Position numbers and translations under genes: made by a program. Below are positions 19,336 to 28,006 of a stretch of DNA of 64,000 nucleotides, one piece after another (position 1 is the first letter of the stretch; every line of letters begins with the position of its first letter). Source of the DNA: Acholeplasmataceae bacterium (GTDB lineage Bacteria > Bacillota_I > Bacilli_A > Acholeplasmatales > Acholeplasmataceae); assembly GCA_963667565.1 (NCBI GenBank), contig OY763415.1, positions 768,001-832,000 of the forward strand, given 5' to 3'. The notes beneath the pieces are model-generated. The model did no database searches and had not been told where the DNA came from. It saw nothing but the letters and a program-made list of their open reading frames with translations.

Positions 19336-19751
19336 TCTTCTTCCTCACTTTCATTTAAATCATTAAATTCACTTAATGATAATGTGAAAGGATATATAGG
19401 TTTAATATTGGTACCTTCTAAAAGTTTACCTTTATCGTTATCTGAGATACGCACAAAGATTTTAGGTACGTTATAGACATAGTAGCATACATGTGCTAAG
19501 AAGATATTGACGTTATCTTGATCTGTTGTAATAACAACAGTTTTTGCTTGTTTTATAAAAGCATTATCCAAAACGGATAAATCAGTAGCGTCACCAACGA
19601 CTTGATAACCTGAAAATGATTCTTGTAGTTTTCTAAATGAATCATCTGTGGCATCAATGATGATCACATCTTCACCTTTTTCAGACATTTTTGTCGCAAT
19701 ATTAGATCCTAGTCTACCTGATCCAATAACAACAAACTTATTTCTTTTCAT
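19332..19751 (-). CDS. TrkA N-domain-only RCK protein
   Basis: GSGRLG, GDATD and D.DNVN motifs; start MKRNKF after GGAG. Confidence 0.85.
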   Translation of the reverse strand: MKRNKFVVIGSGRLGSNIATKMSEKGEDVIIIDATDDSFRKLQESFSGYQVVGDATDLSVLDNAFIKQAKTVVITTDQDNVNIFLAHVCYYVYNVPKIFVRISDNDKGKLLEGTNIKPIYPFTLSLSEFNDLNESEEEE

Positions 19752-19856
19752 AATTGCTCCTTTAAAAAAACAATATTTATACCTTAATAATTTTAACACT
19801 AATTGTTAAAAATACCAAATATTTATGCATTATTTAAACTTTGTTAACTAAATATT

Positions 19857-21044
19857 TTAGTTAGGTTCTGGTAAGCTTAATAGATCATGATACGTATGAT
19901 CCATCATAATTGCACCAAAAGGCGCCGTAATGATAATAGATAACACAGAAACCATCAATATAAATTCACCATATGGGAGTCCTAATGTAAGAGGAATAGC
20001 ACCTATTGCTGCTTGAACAGTTGCTTTTGGTGTGTAGGAGACTGCTGTAAATAATCGTTCTTTTAAAGTAAGATTTGTTTTTGAAGTTGCAATGTAAACT
20101 GCCACCATTCTAAATGCAATTGAAACGATGATTAGTGCAATTGATAACAATCCAACATGGATTAATACTGTGATATCAACAAGTGCACCAACTAATACAA
20201 AGAGCATGATTTCTGCGATGACCCATATTTTTTCAAATTTATTGACAAGTCTTTTTGCAAGTTGTAAGTAATTTCTATTGATGCTCATTGCCATAGCCAT
20301 GACACTTAAAAGCCCACTAATCGCAACTACACTACTTAATACATCTTCAAGTGATAACAACAAAAATCCAAAGCTAAATATAATAAGTACTTTAAGTGTA
20401 TCTCGCATATGTATTTTCTTAAAAAATACAACAAGTAAAAATCCAGTGAGCAACCCAATAATAACCCCTAATAAAATAGAGATTGGAATGTTAATAAATG
20501 TCATTGCACTTAATTGGCCACCTTGTTGATATTTAATAAATGCATAAAAAATAATAATGGCATACACATCATCAATGGATGATGCTGCTAAAATCATTTG
20601 TGGAACTTTTTTAACCTTGCCATAACCTTGTTCCATCAGTTTAATCATTCTTGGAACAACTACTGCTGGTGAAACTGCAGCTACAATAGCCCCCATCGTC
20701 ATTGCAGTAATATATGGAATATCAAAAAATATAGGTGCAAATATGGTAATTGCGATGATTTCAAATGTCGCAGGTAAAAAAGATAGAAGAATAGCTGGTC
20801 TTCCAACTTTTTTTAAATCTTCTAAATCAAGTGACAATCCTGCTCTAATTAAAATAACAATTAATGCGATTTCTCTTAATTCTGCAGAAATGTCTAAAAT
20901 CTTTCCATCAATTAAATCTAAAAGATGCGGTCCTAATAGAATACCAGCAAGTAACATCCCTAAAATACCAGGTAGATTCAATTTTTTAAATAATGATTGA
21001 AATAATAAACTTACTAAAATAATGATTGAAATGCTTAATAACAT
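19857..21044 (-). CDS. Cation:proton antiporter (CPA family)
   Basis: ILIRAGL, AVSPAVVVP, S.DDV and PKATVQAAIG motifs; start MLLSIS after GGAGG. Confidence 0.9.
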   Translation of the reverse strand: MLLSISIIILVSLLFQSLFKKLNLPGILGMLLAGILLGPHLLDLIDGKILDISAELREIALIVILIRAGLSLDLEDLKKVGRPAILLSFLPATFEIIAITIFAPIFFDIPYITAMTMGAIVAAVSPAVVVPRMIKLMEQGYGKVKKVPQMILAASSIDDVYAIIIFYAFIKYQQGGQLSAMTFINIPISILLGVIIGLLTGFLLVVFFKKIHMRDTLKVLIIFSFGFLLLSLEDVLSSVVAISGLLSVMAMAMSINRNYLQLAKRLVNKFEKIWVIAEIMLFVLVGALVDITVLIHVGLLSIALIIVSIAFRMVAVYIATSKTNLTLKERLFTAVSYTPKATVQAAIGAIPLTLGLPYGEFILMVSVLSIIITAPFGAIMMDHTYHDLLSLPEPN

Positions 21045-21054
21045 AAATACCTCC

Positions 21055-21090
21055 AAAAAAAAATTCTACAACAAAAAAATTGTTGTAGAA
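21055..21090 (-). terminator. Terminator of the fluoride riboswitch expression platform
   Basis: TTCTACAACAA...TTGTTGTAGAA followed by a U-run; overlaps the aptamer's 3' pseudoknot strand. Confidence 0.85.
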
Positions 21091-21143
21091 GTCATTAGCT
21101 TTACGCGGTTCTAGCTTTCGCTAAGGGAGACGTTCATTCCCTA
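21085..21143 (-). ncRNA. Fluoride (crcB-motif) riboswitch
   Basis: AGGGAATGAACGTCTCCCT...AACCGC-GTAAA-GCTAATGACTTCTAC fits the GG.RAUGR.GU.CYCC...AACYGC...GCURAUGACYYCUR consensus. Confidence 0.85.
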
Positions 21144-21149
21144 TGTCTT

Positions 21150-21177
21150 ATTATATGTAAATTCATCTAAATGTCAA
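21150..21177 (-). promoter_or_regulatory. Sigma70 promoter of the fluoride riboswitch leader
   Basis: TTGACA, 16-bp spacer, TATAAT. Confidence 0.75.
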
Positions 21178-21210
21178 TCATATAACTAAATTATATAAAT
21201 CTTTATACAT

Positions 21211-22137
21211 CTACAGTTGACCCTGAATGACTACATGTTTTAAAGGTTTTTCTTCTCTATACATTTGAAGTAAGTCAAACACCAAATCAAGTCGTCTTTG
21301 ATGCATCTTTGGTGATGCGCTTGCGTTATGAGGACTGATAAACACTTGATCAAGATCCCATAATTCATGATCTTTTGGAAGTGGTTCTGGTGTAACTACA
21401 TCCAGAGCAGCTCCTCTAATCTTGTTTGCTTTTAAATGTTTAATTAAAGCATCTTGATCAATAATTTCACCTCGAGCAATATTTACTATTAAACACGTAG
21501 GCTTTAATAAAGAAAGTCTCTCATCAGATACAAAATGTTTTGTATATTGATTTAGAGGTAATGAAATTATGAGATAATCAGATGTTTTAAGATATGTTTC
21601 TAAATCATCAAGAGATGTAATGATATGATCAAAATAAGGTAATTCTTCAAGTGTTCGCTTGTATCCAATGATTTCCATTTCAAAAGACTTAAGTCTTTTA
21701 GCAATCAATTGTCCAATAGAACCGGCACCTAAAATTAATACCTGATTTTTATAAAGCTCGTAATGAGGCGCTTGATGTTTCCACACATGAGATTTCATTT
21801 GGCCATGATATTGATCCATACGCCTGTTAAAAAATAACATTTTAGCAATAACATCTTCTGCAATCTGAATATCATATACACCTTGACCATTGGTTACTGT
21901 AATATTTCTTTTTTTAAAATAATCCAAATCAATATGATCAAATCCTGCAGTAATTAATAAAAACCATTTAAGTTGTTTAAATTGATCAAAGTATGATAAA
22001 TCTTTTCCCTGAAACACGCCGATAATCGCATCACAATCGCTTTCTTCAGTAAATGTGAACGTGTGTTCTATAAACGTATCAATGATGTCTTGATAACTGT
22101 TTTTATTCATATAAGTTGTTTCAAGAAAAATTTTCAT
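21211..22137 (-). CDS. D-2-hydroxyacid dehydrogenase family protein
   Basis: GAGSIG, NIARG, LDV..PEPLP and SPHNA motifs. Confidence 0.9.
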   Translation of the reverse strand: MKIFLETTYMNKNSYQDIIDTFIEHTFTFTEESDCDAIIGVFQGKDLSYFDQFKQLKWFLLITAGFDHIDLDYFKKRNITVTNGQGVYDIQIAEDVIAKMLFFNRRMDQYHGQMKSHVWKHQAPHYELYKNQVLILGAGSIGQLIAKRLKSFEMEIIGYKRTLEELPYFDHIITSLDDLETYLKTSDYLIISLPLNQYTKHFVSDERLSLLKPTCLIVNIARGEIIDQDALIKHLKANKIRGAALDVVTPEPLPKDHELWDLDQVFISPHNASASPKMHQRRLDLVFDLLQMYREEKPLKHVVIQGQL

Positions 22138-22139
22138 GA

Positions 22140-22655
22140 CTACACTCCAATCTTTAAATCATAGGCGAGTCTTAAACGATCACCCTGTACTTTTTCTTCT
22201 AAAGTAATGATACCACAATATTGATATCCATGTTTTAGAAAAAGTCTTTGTGCCTGATGGTTATCTTTATGTGTATCAATTCTGATACTTCCAACATGCT
22301 TAGTTGATGCATACATCGCACTAAATTCCATTAATTTATCTGCTAATCCAATGCCAAGATAGTCTTTGTCAACCGCTAATCTATGAATGGTTATATAAGG
22401 TTTATCTATATGCCAAGCACCGTCAATGTGATTATAGGTTTCTTCTATTTCTTCCATGATAAACATCATACCTACAATTTTTCCACCTTGATCACATACA
22501 TAAAAAGTTTGTTTTTCAATATCGCTTCTGAATTGATCAATTGATGGTTCAACATATTGCCATTGATCAATACCTCTAGATTTTAAAAGATCTGTCGTTT
22601 TTAGTCTAAGAGCCCAAATTTGATTCAAATCGTCAATAGTTGCTTTTCTAATCAT
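22140..22655 (-). CDS. GNAT family acetyltransferase
   Basis: GIDQW, IHRLAV....G.G, IRIDTH.DN and YCGII motifs. Confidence 0.88.
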   Translation of the reverse strand: MIRKATIDDLNQIWALRLKTTDLLKSRGIDQWQYVEPSIDQFRSDIEKQTFYVCDQGGKIVGMMFIMEEIEETYNHIDGAWHIDKPYITIHRLAVDKDYLGIGLADKLMEFSAMYASTKHVGSIRIDTHKDNHQAQRLFLKHGYQYCGIITLEEKVQGDRLRLAYDLKIGV

Positions 22656-23271
22656 GTGTTACTAATATAATACTCATTGGAAGTGCATCCAATCCCAAAA
22701 ATGGAACTGCTAATGCATACATGAAGTAAGTCCCTTCTTTAACTTCTTTTAATCTTAATCCTTCGATAATATCTATATCTTGATGCATGAGTACTAAATG
22801 TGTTGGATGTCCTTTTTGATCGCGTTCAATCCCTAATCCATCAACACCCACACCTCTTATTTTTTTGCTTGCTAAATAAGTGGCTGCATCTTCTCTAACA
22901 AAAATAAAGTGAAAATTGAATGATTCTTCAAAACTGTTTTTAGTCTTAAATAAAACAAAATCACCTTCTTGAATATTTAAATCTTCAACATCACTTTTTG
23001 TAATACATTCATTTACATGTGATAAATCAAAAACTTTAACTTCTCTTATAAACCTATGGATATCTAATGATGTTGAATTTTTTCCACCTTCAATCATATG
23101 AAGTGGAAAATCAACATGTGTTCCTGTATGCACATTAAAAGTAACATCCGTTTCATGATGTCCATTTTCTTTAAAGTCTGCGACTGTCTTGAAGATAGGT
23201 TTTTTACTTTCAATATTTTTATATACTTGAATTTGTTCATCAATTTTCATTGTTACATCATAGATTTTCAT
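22648..23271 (-). CDS. Cyclase family (kynurenine formamidase-like) metal-dependent hydrolase
   Basis: HTGTHVD.P.H, GVGVD and H......IIEGL motifs. Confidence 0.88.
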   Translation of the reverse strand: MKIYDVTMKIDEQIQVYKNIESKKPIFKTVADFKENGHHETDVTFNVHTGTHVDFPLHMIEGGKNSTSLDIHRFIREVKVFDLSHVNECITKSDVEDLNIQEGDFVLFKTKNSFEESFNFHFIFVREDAATYLASKKIRGVGVDGLGIERDQKGHPTHLVLMHQDIDIIEGLRLKEVKEGTYFMYALAVPFLGLDALPMSIILVTHD

Positions 23272-24632
23272 TAGAATTCCTCGTTTTCTTGTTCTAAAAT
23301 CAGCGCTTTTAATTGTTCAAAATCCTTGTAGATGACTGGCGTTTTTTGAACTTTTTTCACCTCGTCTATAAACTTCCAAGATAGTTCAATTTCATCCCAT
23401 CTTGTAAAAAGTGTTTTATGATGTTCACTTGCATCAAGCAATAATTTTTCATAAGCTTCAGACATATTTCCATAAGCTTTGCAAGCAACGCAATATTCTA
23501 ATTCAACTGATTCCAAATCTCCTGATAATCCAGGAACTTTGCTGTTAAGTGATAACCCAAAGCCATCAAGTGGTGCTATTTTAATATAAAGTTTATTGGT
23601 TGCAAGTGGTAAATCCCATTTCTTTTGTTCCAATGTTTCTTCAAACTCAACAATAATCATTGATTCTTTTGTATCAAGTTTCTTACCAGTTAACAGATAA
23701 AATGGAACACCTTTAAAACGAGGCGTATTGACATATGTTTTTAGAAAAACGAATGTATCTGTATTCGAGGTCTCATCGATATCTTTTTCTTGTTTATAAC
23801 CATCATATTGTCCTAAAATCATTGAATGTTTATCAAAAGTCAAATGCTTTAACACCTCAACTTTTTCGTTTTTAACATCTTCGCTATAAAATGAAACTGG
23901 AGTATCCATTGCGACCATACTTAACATTTGTAACAAATGTGATTGTACCATATCTTTTAAAGCCCCAGATTCATCATAGTATCCTGCACGACCTAAAATA
24001 CCATCAGTTTCTTTGACGATTAATTTAACATTTTTAATTGTACGATTATGCCATACTTCTTCAAAAATACGATTTGCAAAACGAACCATTAATATATTTT
24101 GAATCATTTCTTTTCCAAGATAATGATCAATTCTATAAATTTGTCGCTCATCAAAATACTTCCAAAGCATTTGATTAATTGATTTGGCACTTTCTAAGTC
24201 TACACCAAAAGGTTTTTCGAAAATCAAACTATGGTTTTCTTCGCCTTTTTGAACTAGGTCTGCATCACTTAAGTGTTTTGCTACATCATCAAAAAATTGA
24301 GGTGCAACAGCCATATAAAATAATTGTTTAGTTTGAGGACCAGAAAATGTTTCAATATAAGTTTTTAACCCTTTATAATCATTTGGTTCTGTAATTTGCA
24401 TTTCATAATAAGTAACAAACGTCTTCAAAACCTCTTTATCAAGCTTGTTATTATCTGTTTTAATGACATAGTCTAAATAATCATCAGTTGTAAAATCTCT
24501 ACGACCTAAAGCAATGACCATCATATTTTGATTGATTTGTTTTTTTGTATATAATTTTGACAATGCTGGAAGTAATTTTCTAGAAGTTAAATCTCCTGTG
24601 GATCCAAAAATGACAAAAATGATATCTTTCAT
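23271..24632 (-). CDS. zwf: Glucose-6-phosphate 1-dehydrogenase
   Basis: GSTGDL..RKL.PAL, EKPFG and RIDHYLGKE motifs. Confidence 0.96.
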   Translation of the reverse strand: MKDIIFVIFGSTGDLTSRKLLPALSKLYTKKQINQNMMVIALGRRDFTTDDYLDYVIKTDNNKLDKEVLKTFVTYYEMQITEPNDYKGLKTYIETFSGPQTKQLFYMAVAPQFFDDVAKHLSDADLVQKGEENHSLIFEKPFGVDLESAKSINQMLWKYFDERQIYRIDHYLGKEMIQNILMVRFANRIFEEVWHNRTIKNVKLIVKETDGILGRAGYYDESGALKDMVQSHLLQMLSMVAMDTPVSFYSEDVKNEKVEVLKHLTFDKHSMILGQYDGYKQEKDIDETSNTDTFVFLKTYVNTPRFKGVPFYLLTGKKLDTKESMIIVEFEETLEQKKWDLPLATNKLYIKIAPLDGFGLSLNSKVPGLSGDLESVELEYCVACKAYGNMSEAYEKLLLDASEHHKTLFTRWDEIELSWKFIDEVKKVQKTPVIYKDFEQLKALILEQENEEF

Positions 24633-25525
24633 TATTTTTTATAGACAGCGTGACCGCCGAATTCCTTTCTCATTGCAGCAACTACTTTTTCTGCAAATCT
24701 ATCTTCATCTCTTGATTTAAATCTAGCAAACAATGATTGTGTAATCACTGGAATTGATACTTTCAGTTTAAGCGCTTCTTCAATCGTCCACATACCTTCA
24801 CCAGAATCATCAACACGACCAGTAATTTGATCTAAATGTGCATCTTTACTAAAAGCTTCATGAATGTAACCAATCAATGCAGATTCAATGATTGATCCAT
24901 GATTCCACATTTTTGTAATATCTTGATAATCAAGTTCAAAAGGTGATGCTTCTAACAAGTCAAAACCTTCTGCAATTGCTTGCATCATTCCATATTCAAT
25001 CCCATTATGTACCATCTTAACATAATGACCACTACCAGGTTTACCAGTATAAGCATATCCATCTTTTGTTGATACATCTAGAAAAACTTGTTCAACATAT
25101 GAAACAACTTCTTTTTCTCCCCCTGCCATTAGACAAGCACCATTTCTAGCACCATAAGTACCACCAGAAGTTCCTAAATCAATGAAATCAATATGTTTCG
25201 ATTTTAATAATTCATAACGTTTCATAGAAAGATTAAAATTAGAGTTTCCTGCATCAATAATAATGTCGTTAGGATTTAATGAAGGTAACATTTCCTCAAT
25301 GACTTGGTCAACAAATTGATTTGGAACTAACATCCAAATCACTTTTCTTTCGTGATCATCTGCCAAACATGCTTGAATTGATGAAAACACTTTAATACCT
25401 TCTTTGTCAAGAATATTTCTTGCATCTTCATTTAAATCAAAGCCCCAAACTTCATGGCCATGATCTTTTAAATTTAAAGCAATATTAGCCCCCATTTTTC
25501 CTAAACCAATTAATCTAATCTTCAT
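24632..25525 (-). CDS. gnd: 6-phosphogluconate dehydrogenase, decarboxylating (short type)
   Basis: GLGKMG, KMVHNGIEYG, DSGEG and FGGH motifs. Confidence 0.95.
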   Translation of the reverse strand: MKIRLIGLGKMGANIALNLKDHGHEVWGFDLNEDARNILDKEGIKVFSSIQACLADDHERKVIWMLVPNQFVDQVIEEMLPSLNPNDIIIDAGNSNFNLSMKRYELLKSKHIDFIDLGTSGGTYGARNGACLMAGGEKEVVSYVEQVFLDVSTKDGYAYTGKPGSGHYVKMVHNGIEYGMMQAIAEGFDLLEASPFELDYQDITKMWNHGSIIESALIGYIHEAFSKDAHLDQITGRVDDSGEGMWTIEEALKLKVSIPVITQSLFARFKSRDEDRFAEKVVAAMRKEFGGHAVYKK

Positions 25526-25641
25526 GATTTCCTCCTATTAGCCACATGTTATAAATTCTTTATAACATTTTAATCATAATTTAATTATAGCATAAGCATT
25601 ATCTCACTTATTATATTTGAACTTCAAATATAAAAAAAACA

Positions 25642-26274
25642 TCATGTAGATGCTTTTTTCAATTGTATTTGCTGTTTTTTTAATTTTTTATCTCGTCTAT
25701 CAGAATAGATGGTCCAAAGTTTTAAAACGGTGTAGCTAGCAAATATACCGATATATAACCAAAATCTATCATTTTGTATAAGTATGAGATGTGCAGCAAC
25801 AAGTAAATAAAACACATAAGAAAAATAATGAATCTTCTTCCATTTTTTATATCCTAATTTGCTTCTTACAAATCTAAATGATGTGAGCGTTAAAGGTGCC
25901 ACGACCACAGCAGCAAGTATTCCAATATAAAATGATATTGTTCCATTAAAAATACCAATATCTTCTAAATGAAATTCAAGATAACCAAGTGCGTGTGGTG
26001 CAAGTAAAATAGTAGCAATAATTGCCAATTCACCACGAACTGATAATAATTGATTTTTAAATTTACCTTTATCAAGTGCGCCCATATACATCACAAGCAA
26101 ATACATACCAAAAGGTACATAACCTAAGCTAATGATGTTTGCATCATGTGATCCTACAAACGCTGCAATAAAACCTGTGATGATATATAAAATAACTGCA
26201 TATGCTCTAATTTGTTTTGAAAAAAAATAGGTAATAATTCCAGTAATTAAGGTCGTAAAGATGATAATTGTCAT
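25642..26274 (-). CDS. MsrQ/ferric-reductase-like heme b membrane protein, copy 2
   Basis: About 6 TM helices; R.ELAI......PH, LTS...R..LG..WKKIH..SY..Y.....H heme-ligand pattern. Confidence 0.8.
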   Translation of the reverse strand: MTIIIFTTLITGIITYFFSKQIRAYAVILYIITGFIAAFVGSHDANIISLGYVPFGMYLLVMYMGALDKGKFKNQLLSVRGELAIIATILLAPHALGYLEFHLEDIGIFNGTISFYIGILAAVVVAPLTLTSFRFVRSKLGYKKWKKIHYFSYVFYLLVAAHLILIQNDRFWLYIGIFASYTVLKLWTIYSDRRDKKLKKQQIQLKKAST

Positions 26275-26786
26275 TAGTCATCATCACCATCTTCATGTTC
26301 ATACTCATGTTCATCATGATCGTCATGATCATCATGATCATCATGTGATGTTGAAGTTGTTGAAGTTGATGCACCTGTTGTTTGATCCACTGTTGTATTT
26401 GTTGTTGTCGTTGTTGATGTTGAAGTTGAAGGTGTCGTTGTTGCTGTTGATGCACCTGTTGTTTGATCGACTGTTGTTGCAGGTTGAGTTGTGGTCGTTT
26501 GATCTGTTGTAGTTGCATTTGGATCTGTAATATAAATGGTTGCTCCAGTTGCTTCATCAATCACAGCAATTCCATTTGTTGTTTGTGAATCATCATCTTC
26601 ATGATCATCATCATCACTATATGTTGAATCTGAAGTACTTGATGCTCCAGTAGAACTATCGATTGTCGTACCATAAATATCAGATGTTGCACCAGCAAGT
26701 GCATCTAATGTCTGAGTAATAGGTTCATTAACTAGTGAATAACCTAATACAAGCATTAACATCCCAAAAATCAATGTATTTTTCAT
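26274..26786 (-). CDS. Exported Thr/Ser-rich low-complexity protein with repeated D-x-x-[STA]-G-A-[ST] motifs and a His/Asp tail
   Basis: N-terminal signal or anchor; DALAGAT, DSSTGAS, DEATGAT and DQTTGAS (twice); C-terminus HDDHDDHDDHDEHEYEHE; AAGGA RBS; stop overlaps the next start. Confidence 0.8.
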   Translation of the reverse strand: MKNTLIFGMLMLVLGYSLVNEPITQTLDALAGATSDIYGTTIDSSTGASSTSDSTYSDDDDHEDDDSQTTNGIAVIDEATGATIYITDPNATTTDQTTTTQPATTVDQTTGASTATTTPSTSTSTTTTTNTTVDQTTGASTSTTSTSHDDHDDHDDHDEHEYEHEDGDDD

Positions 26787-26909
26787 TTAAGTACATCCTT
26801 CCTTATAGTTTTTTTAATTTTATCATAAAAATCAATTTTTTTTAACAAAAATACAATCTGTGTTGATGCTCATAGATTGTATTTTCATAATTTACATTAA
26901 ATATACATT

Positions 26910-27542
26910 TTATCTTGTTGCTTTATGATATTTTACAGGTGTTTCTATTTTTTTTGCTTGTGGTTTAATAATAAGCATATACCCTTTTAATATGATGTAT
27001 ACCGAAAAGATAATGATATAATACCAAAGTCTTGTGTTTGCTAGCAAGATGACATGAAGAGCTATCAATATATAGAATATATATGATAGATAATGAATTC
27101 TTTTCCACGTCTTATAACCTAACTTGCTTCTAATTTTTCTAAATGATGTAAGTGCTAGTGGTAATAATAAGACCACTGAAGCAATACCAATAAAATATGG
27201 AACTGGATTAATAATAAAACCTAATTCAATTAAATAATATTCTAAATAACCATAGACGTGAGGAAAAAGTAAGATTGTGCCTATAATTGCAAGTTCTCCT
27301 CTAACGTTAAGTAATTGGTTTTTAAATTTACCTTTATCGAGTATACCCATATACATCACTAAAATAAAGATACCATAAGGAACATATCCATAACTAAAAA
27401 TATTTGCTGTTTTTGAATCTATAATTAAACTGATGAATGCTGCAATGCCATAAAGAACAAATGCATATTTTCTTATTTGCTTACTATAAAAATATGATAA
27501 AAATCCAAAAACAATGGTTGTAAAAATAATTGCTGTCATCAT
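26910..27542 (-). CDS. MsrQ/ferric-reductase-like heme b membrane protein, copy 1
   Basis: Clear paralog of 25642-26274 (LDKGKFKNQLL.VRGELAI, WKRIHYLSY, H). Confidence 0.8.
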   Translation of the reverse strand: MMTAIIFTTIVFGFLSYFYSKQIRKYAFVLYGIAAFISLIIDSKTANIFSYGYVPYGIFILVMYMGILDKGKFKNQLLNVRGELAIIGTILLFPHVYGYLEYYLIELGFIINPVPYFIGIASVVLLLPLALTSFRKIRSKLGYKTWKRIHYLSYIFYILIALHVILLANTRLWYYIIIFSVYIILKGYMLIIKPQAKKIETPVKYHKATR

Positions 27543-27563
27543 AAACTTATCTCCTTAATTTAA

Positions 27564-27716
27564 CTATCTTGAGGCACCAGATGTACTATCTATAAGTGAT
27601 GAAGATGTAGAACTTGTTGTATTGCTTGAGCTTGTTGATAGTGAGGGGGATGCCTCAGCGATAAACGCAATCAATAATAATATGATGAATAAAGCTATGA
27701 CAAATTTGTTTTTCAT
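27564..27716 (-). CDS. Unannotated 50-aa exported micropeptide ending in DSTSGASR
   Basis: MKNKFVIALFIILLLIAFIAEASPSLSTSSSNTTSSTSSSLIDSTSGASR; AGGT RBS; occupies the same position before its MsrQ-like gene as the 170-aa protein does. Confidence 0.75.
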   Translation of the reverse strand: MKNKFVIALFIILLLIAFIAEASPSLSTSSSNTTSSTSSSLIDSTSGASR

Positions 27717-28006
27717 GCTTACTTACCTATGACCCTTCATTCATTTTATATGACTATCTTACTAAATACTTTAGATATATATAGTCTATTTGCATGTAAT
27801 ACCACTAAGTCACACAATTTATTGGACATAAAACATATTTTACGATAATTGAAATACCTCTATGGGATTTATTCCATATAGACGATCTATATGAAAAGCA
27901 TATGACTCATGCATGATAAAACATTTCAAGTTTTTTATTACAAACTTCATAACTATATGATAAAATAAATATAGAGGGGCCACTGATTAAAACTTGGGAG
28001 GCATTT

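Noticed and set aside
26207..26560. Poly-Gln ORF (minus) and His/Leu-rich ORF (plus)
   Set aside because: Alternative-frame readings of the ACA/GAT repeats of the 170-aa gene.
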